Assembly (NCBI GenBank): GCA_002633005.1
Contig: NMRA01000713.1
Span: 95,312-151,506 of the forward strand
Source: Phoronis australis
Taxonomy: Eukaryota; Animalia; Phoronida
Direction of reading: 5' to 3'
Length of the DNA: 56,195 bases
The notes under the pieces are model-generated. The model was not told the DNA's origin. It ran no database searches and saw only the letters and a program-made list of their open reading frames with translations. Numbering within the stretch: the first letter of the stretch is position 1; the number at the start of each line of letters is the position of its first letter. A program made the translations under genes and the position numbers. Below are positions 49,640 to 56,195 of the stretch, in pieces.

Positions 49640-49980
49640 GAGCAAAGTCCTCAATCAAATTATCTTGGATTCCCATCATAGTAGAGCCTGGAGGCGATTG
49701 CTGTGCGAACGTATTATGTCAGAGAGCGCAAGGGGCTTCGCATCTGGAATACAGCAGTTTGTGAGACAAAAGTGTCACACTGTATTGTCTTCAAGCAAAT
49801 GGAGTCTTAATACACGCCTCCTTAAACTTATCAGTCCAGTACCTGACCCTGTACGCATGTCTTTAAATGATGTTCGACCACGTCGATGGAGTAGTGTTCG
49901 TAGGCAGAAAAGATCAATGTCCTTCAGACTGACAGGGTACATACGCCCAACGAAATTCTCGCCCCCTCTTTTCCTACTAT
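49640..49980 (-). mobile_element. Helitron Rep-helicase internal fragment
   Basis: RKRGGENFVGRMYPVSLKDIDLFCLRTLLHRRGRTSFKDMRT matches the RepHel GR+Y.V.....E.F.LR.LL....G.TSF.DLRT block; FKEACI and HLLEDN follow in shifted frames. Confidence 0.75.
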
Positions 49981-50470
49981 GAAGATGAAGTTTTGAACCT
50001 GTATTCGACATTTTTAATCAAATATTTACAAACAGGTATTTCAAATCCTGAGTTGTGTTATCTAGTAACCGGTACCAGTTAAAGAGAAAAGAAAACAACA
50101 TCAAGCACAATCGGTAGCCATTTTCATATATCAGTGTTCTCCACGATCACTTTTACCCTGTCAGGCTTCAACAGCTTGGTCGATGTTCCGTCAGGTTTAA
50201 GTAACCCCAACATAGGGGCATTGTGTTTGCCGATAACAAAGAATGTCTGCCAACTCAGTCCAATTACGCCTTTCCGACAGTTTTGGAATTTCAGTTGTGA
50301 AGAACACTGACTGGGTAGCATATCACACGTAACAACATGAAAGTGTTACACATGAAAACATGAATGCGATTCTACATGTGATCAATCTTATTTGATAATT
50401 TGTAAACTGTTTCGTAGAAAATAGGTCACGGAGCATCTTACTTTGGATAGTCTTAGTAGCCTATTTTATG

Positions 50471-51527
50471 GTTACCATGTTTAGTGTAGTGTCGTTAGAT
50501 ATCTAGTAACTTGTGTTCTTTTTTGTTTCCCTGTGGAGGTAGATGTTCCGTGACCTATTTTCTGCCTTTGACCTATTTTTGTAGGTTGACTTGGTTGTGA
50601 GTCAAAATGACTTCCATCCAACAACGTTACTCGTGTTTACAACAAGAAATAAAAACTTTTAGCCATTGAAAGAAACAACCCAGTCTTTGTTACTCTGTAT
50701 CAGTCCAATGAAGTGAAGGGTTAATTCAGGCACCATTTTCGAAATATTCTGTAAAGTTTAATGACTGTAATCTCGGTTGATTTAGGTAAACACCTGACCT
50801 GATGTGGGACACTCTCGAACACTTGTTTACAATTGGAATTTGAACCCAGAATGCAAAAATGAGGTTTTCGTCTACTATTTATGACTATAACATTCCACAG
50901 AAGGAATGATTCGGCAACAGGACTCGCGTTACAAACGCCAAAATGAATGATTACTCGGGAAACACGCAACTTTTGAACATTTGACTCAGTGGGCGACTAC
51001 GAAGACAAAACCAGGAAAACCCTGAAAATGTATGGGTATCGGTCCGCATTTTTCCAACAATGGACAAAAAGTGGATCTATCTGAGCTAAAGACTGGAATA
51101 AAGGTTGAGATCTTGGCTACTTACCTCTAATATCAAAGTACTTTTAAGGGAAAGGTTAAGCAAGGAACTCGCGGTTTCGCAGCTGTGAATGGACGTGACT
51201 GCAGCGCACGGTGCCCGTAGGCCCCCTACGAGGCGACGAACGGGTGCGCCAAAATTGCCGCAAATTTGCTTGAATCGAATTTCGGAAAATTATTCAACGT
51301 TTACATCGTTCTTCGATTTCTCTGGCCGCCAAATATTGAGCACACAACCTATTAGGCGTAAGCGGTAAACGCAAGCGGCGGATGAATACCCCCGAATACC
51401 ACTTGGTTTCGAGAAAGAAGCTTGTTAGCGGGATCGAGATGGACACAATGAAGCCACGTCTCGGTAAGACAAAGAAAAAAACGCCGGGGTTTTGCGGCGC
51501 TTTTCCGTTGCGGGAACAAGAGGGTAC
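50471..51527 (+). repeat. About 1.06-kb tandem duplication, copy 1
   Basis: Near-identical to 51586-52658; ends exactly at a single N (51528). Confidence 0.95.
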
Positions 51528-51585
51528 NTAAAGTAGTGTTCAAGTAAAGACGTCTTCTTCACTCCTCTCTCCACAAGCCATTACA

Positions 51586-52658
51586 GTTACCATGTTTAGT
51601 GTAGTGTCGTTAGGTATCTAGTAAGTTGTGTTCTTTTTTGTTTCCCTGTGGAGGGAGATGTTCCGTGACCTATTTTCTGCCTTTGACCTATTTTTGTAGG
51701 TTGACCTGGTTGTGAGTCAAAATGACTTCCATCCAGCAACGTTACTCGTGTTTACAACAAGAAATAAAAACTTTTAGCCATTGAAAGAAACAACCCAGTC
51801 TTTGTTACTCTGTATCAGTCCAATGAAGTGAAGGGTTAATTCAGGCACCATTTTCGAAATATTCTGTAAAGTTTAATGACTGTAATCTCGGTTGATTTAG
51901 GTAAACACCTGACCTGATGCGGGACACTCTCGAGCACTTGTTTACAATTGGAATTTGAACCCAGAATGCAAAAATGGGGTTTTCGTCTACTATTTATGAC
52001 TATAACATTCCACAGAAGGAATGATTCGACAACAGGACTCGCGTTACAAACGCCAAAATGAATGATTACTCGGGATACACGAAACTTTTGAACATTTGAC
52101 TCAGTGGGCGACTACGAAGACAAAACCAGGAAAACCCTGAAAATGTATGGATATCGGTCCGCATTTTTCCAAAAATGGACAAAAAGTGGATCTATCTGAG
52201 CTAAAGACTGGAATAAAGGTTGAGATCTTGGCTACTTACCTCTAATATCAAAGTACTTTTAAGGGAAAGGTTAAGCAAGGAACTCGCACACTCCAGCCGC
52301 CGCGGTTTCGCAGCTGTGAATGGACGTGACTGCAGCGCACGGTGCTCGTAGGTCCCCTACGAGGCGACGAACGAGTGCGCCAAAAATGCCGCAAATTTGC
52401 TTGAATCGAATTTGTGAAAATTATTCAACGTTTACATCGTCCTTCGATTTCTCTGGCCGCCAAATATTGAGCACACAACCTAGTAGGCGTAAGCGGTAAA
52501 CGCAAGCGGCGGATGAATACCCCCGAATAGCACTTGGTTTCGAGAAAGAAGCTTGTTAGCGGGATCGAGATGGACACAATGAAGCCACGTCTCGGTAAGA
52601 CAAAGAAAAAAACGCCGGGGTTTTGCGGCGCTTTTCCGTTGCGGGAACAAGAGGGTAC
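51586..52658 (+). repeat. About 1.07-kb tandem duplication, copy 2
   Basis: Differs from copy 1 by scattered substitutions and a ~14-bp indel (acactccagccgc near 52288). Confidence 0.95.
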
Positions 52659-52799
52659 GAGGCGTCGGGTGGGGGTGGGTGTCCGTACGATCGCTTTCGA
52701 GTTCAGTGTTTTTGTCTGACGCACTCGAAGCTAACACCCGGGCACTGTGTTTAGCGTTTTTATATGTAGGTTTGTGGGCGCCGTGTGGTTATTTAAGTC

Positions 52800-53310
52800 A
52801 TATTATGGAGAATTGGTTATTAACAAAATTTGCAAATACACTTACAAGGTGGCGAGTCCTTCATCGTAAAGCCGTTTTTGTGGTTGGTCGAAACACGATT
52901 CATTGAAATGTGCCGAACAAAGTGTGGCTCCGACCGAATTGCATGTTCCACATTAACATTCCACACCCTCATACAGCGCACAAACTGATGCCATTTCTGT
53001 GCAACTTTCCCTTCTTTAGGAAATTTGACCACAGAAACGTTGTCAGTCAAGTTGCTGTGACTAGCCTTCACAAACGCACCTTTTCATGCCTTAAAATGGC
53101 TGTTCTCGGAGCTCTTTCCTCACAACTCCTCAGTATCGGACTGGTAAAAACAACAATGGCGGAGACAGTATTCCACCCATTACGTACAACCCCGATAACA
53201 GAAAAATATTTTAAAAATTTTTTGCCACGTTTTGTAGCAACAGGTTATTAAATTTTATAAAATGTATTAATAAAATTCTTTTTGGGGCCTAGGGTCATGG
53301 TGGGAACGCT
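52800..53310 (-). mobile_element. Kolobok-like element 5' end with THAP-domain relic (53087 to about 52920)
   Basis: Terminus TTAA|AGCGTTCCCACC. MKRCVCEG / SHSNLTDNVSVVKFPKEGKVAQKWHQFVRCMRVWNVNVEHAIRSEPHF fits the THAP C..G, FP, W..FV and HF pattern. Confidence 0.7.
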
Positions 53311-53314
53311 TTAA

Positions 53315-54985
53315 ACCGGTATACATGGAGACGCAAAACTCCTATAAAGCAGGCGACTGGACTTTTTCTTACTTTCAAAAAATTGCTTCACAGTGTTTGT
53401 AAAATTAAGATACCAAACAGTTACAGATCAGATCATTCCGGTGTGCTATTGAGTTTTAAATTAAAAGAAATTTTAAGAGGGAATGGCTTCTGGATTTCAA
53501 CAATTCCCTGTTGAGTGACTTGGAATTTACTGACAAGATTCAACAATAAAAATACCCAGATAAAGCGTCAGTATGCTGGTCCAGTTTACAATTACCAAAT
53601 AATTGATACAATTTTAACCATGAAATTCAATTGGTAATTAATGGCCAATTGTTCATAGACGTTTTGTTCATGGAAATCCGTAGCCCCACCATGGACTACT
53701 CAATAAGAAAGCAGAAAACCCACCAAGGTAATTAAGAAAAACCTATTAATAGGCTGCAAAGCAAAGACCACCTGACTGAAGATGATCTACCAACTTTAGA
53801 AGAAAAACGATCAATTTTCAATAATTAAGAAGAGAGACTTTGAAGGGTTATGTTGTCCGATTAAAAGCAAATTGAAAGTGGAGAGCGCCCGGCCAAATAT
53901 ATTTGCAACTTAAAATCAAGGAACTTTTTAGTAAGTTGATATATGCATTAGAAACTGAAGACAGGGAAACTATTACCGATCAAAAAAGAATTTTATGTTA
54001 GACAATGTTTTTTATAAAAACTTAATAATATACTCTTCGAGGTCTGAGAGTAATATAACGAAATGTTGAATAGTGTACTCGGATATTGTCAGTTTCCGGT
54101 ACTTTAGGAGTAGGAGGCAATTCAATTACAAAATGAAATCAATATCGATGAATTATCTGAGGTTTTAAAAAATACAAGAAACAAGAAAAGCCCAGGCTCT
54201 GATGGCTTTACGGCGAAGTTTTTAATTTTTTTTGGAAGACATAAAATATTTTGTATCGCGTCACATTAAATGTAGTTTCGAAATGGGGGAAATCCGACGG
54301 ATTCCAAAACCAGAAAACTGAAACAGTTTCTAAAAAACTGGCGACCAAAAACTTTATTGAATAGTGTTTGCAAACTGGCTTCGGGATGCGTTGCAAGCTG
54401 TATTGAAAAGGTTCTGGACAAACTGACTGCAAATACCCAAACTGGATTTATGAAAATAAGATTTATGATTGATAACACAAGGCTAATTTATGATATCATG
54501 AGTTGTACGGACAAACACAGCATTCCAGGACGACTAGTGATACTAGATTTTGGAAAGAAATTTTACAGTGTTTCCTGGGGTTTTGTATTCCAAGTTCTGA
54601 ATAATTTCAATTTCAAGCCTAATATTTATTCGATATATAAGAACATTTAATAATAAACTAAGTGCCCCTGTCATACAAAATGGATTTCTGTCAGACAATT
54701 TCATGTTGCTGTCGACAAGGTGATCCTCTTTCCTCTTATATTTTTATACTGCGTGCTGAAATTTTGTCTATATTGACTAAACATGACCCTGAAGTAAAAG
54801 GTAGTAAAATCGACAACGAAGACTACGTTATAACATAATACGCGACACAACTTCACATTAGATGGAACTCCAAGATCCCTGGCAGCACTTATGAACAACT
54901 TAAAGAGTTCTATGCAGCGATATTGGGGCTGAACATAAACAAAAATACAAAAGTAGTGTGGATTCAAAGTAGAAAATTCTCAAGA
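53315..54985 (+). mobile_element. Highly degenerate Tx1/L1-like LINE ORF2 (endonuclease C-terminus to RT)
   Basis: WRRKTPIKQA..DFFL, YRSDHSGV, RGNGFW.FNNSLL, KSPGSDGFT, NWRPKTLLNSVCKLAS, QTGFMKIRFMIDNTRLIYD, LDFGKKFYSVSW, CRQGDPLS; many stops and frameshifts. Confidence 0.88.
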
Positions 54986-54999
54986 AGTGTTGCAAAGGG

Positions 55000-55353
55000 A
55001 AAAAATGCCGCTAGGGGGCACAGCTATAGTCGGATCGGTCCGCCGTCACTTGTTAGTAGCTTCATAGGAACGCATCTTCTAAATCTTATTAGGATCGTGC
55101 AAGGGGTTCTGGACGACGTACGCCTATACAAAGATGACGGCAATATGTAACCACATATAAATACGTGGCCGCATAAAAATCACAGAGCTCTAGCCCTGGG
55201 GGTCCCGGTGAAGGCAGGTTGGAAAGAGTCAATCCTACATCCGAAATTTCGTCAAAATCCGAGCAAGGATTTTTGAAATATCGATGGGAAAACCGAATGC
55301 CCGGACAGCATGACGACAATATGACCCTTAATATTCATATTTGGGCGTATTAA
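55000..55353 (-). mobile_element. Two Helentron-associated (HINE/DINE-1-like) element fragments, heads at about 55178 and 55353
   Basis: Minus strand TTTTTATGCGGCCACGTATTTATATGTGGTTACATATTGCCGTCATC and TTAATACGCCCAAATATGAATATTAAGGGTCATATTGTCGTCATG hairpin heads; the first is homologous to 55867-56090. Confidence 0.65.
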
Positions 55354-55866
55354 CATTTTTTCCAAACCTCTCGAGGTCATACACAAACAAACTTGCCTAA
55401 TTTTTGTTTCTATTTACCACAAGCAAACACAGTCACGTCTTTCTGTGCCGTGACAATCGACCACGTCGATCCCATTTAATTCCAGCAAATGCGACCATTC
55501 CTGACTCACTATTTAACTTGAGCATTTGTATTTACCAAGCAAACAATTCAGGTTTTGTTACTGCATTACTATTTAAGTCTATATTGAGCACTGTCGATTA
55601 CGCAGTACCGTTATTATCTAGTAATATTAAACACTGGCAAGTGTAGAATGGCTTTATTTAATTTTGCGATCCTCACAACAGTCGTGAAACAAATTCTTGT
55701 TTCCTATGGTTAAACTGTGGTCTGAATGGAGCCCACGAGTGTCATTTTTGTCTAAATAAATCACCTTATTTTTTAACGTTAAGGTTTGCCTGCCACTTTT
55801 CTCCCGTCAAACCCGCTCTCAATATAATCAATACGCTCATTGATACACCCTTGAGTATCTTATATT

Positions 55867-56195
55867 GTTATGCGCCCACATATTTATATGTGGACGCATT
55901 ATGCCGTCATCTCCGTCCGTCCGTCCGTCCGTCCGTCCGTCCGGGCGGCGTCTGGCGTCCGCTGCTCTATCTCCAAACCCCTTTGACATACGTTCATGAA
56001 ATTTGGCACATATGTTCCATTCATGAATGGGACGGCATGTGCGAACTTTCGGACGGATCCGACTACCGGTGTGCCCCCTAGTGGCAATTTTAGTTTTTTA
56101 CGCTTACCTTTGTATCTTCAAAAGTCCTGAACGGATTTTCATGAAATTTGGTATGTAGGCACCTAGTAGTGAGATGACGCTATCCTGCCGTTTTC
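55867..56195 (+). mobile_element. HINE/DINE-1-like element: T-rich start, hairpin, (CCGT)n microsatellite, repeated core
   Basis: TTATGCGCCCACATAT-TT-ATATGTGGACGCA hairpin, about 7 CCGT units at 55913-55943, repeated ttcatgaaatttgg core units. Confidence 0.78.

Noticed and set aside
1-56195. A novel RT- or nuclease-based multi-gene system (retron, DGR or defence-like)
   Set aside because: All three RTs are disrupted and sit in canonical LINE or gypsy domain orders; there is no operon structure, associated ncRNA or intact partner gene.

Overview
This is animal (eukaryotic) genomic DNA, not prokaryotic. It is AT-rich, has GT-AG introns, and comes from a draft scaffold with N gaps at 1386-2258, 9620-9688, 12565-13109, 15497-15592, 19652-20050 and 32852-33013. 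The repeat fauna suggests an invertebrate, probably marine (inference). Two host genes are supportable, both on the minus strand: an intact intronless DUF229-family (alkaline-phosphatase/sulfatase superfamily) type II membrane protein at 44018-45958, and two spliced exons (2915-3187, 510-605) of a cysteine-rich DUF4773-family protein that the ORF track only partly shows. The rest is mostly decayed and nested transposable elements: a LOA/Lian-like LINE with RNase H, a Mag-type Ty3/gypsy element lacking its integrase core, a second gypsy LTR+gag stub, a broken Tx1/L1-like LINE, a Helitron fragment, two THAP-domain relics, a probable Ginger2/TDD (KRBA2/NOL4-like) element end, Helentron-type HINEs, and many foldback/MITE elements. 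I found no convincing novel multi-gene system. The best leads are a CAG..CTG-ended TIR family with 5-bp target-site duplications (including a filled/empty site pair inside the window) and a HINE family carrying a CTCF-consensus motif. Family assignments come from motif recognition by eye; identities are estimates and no searches were run.
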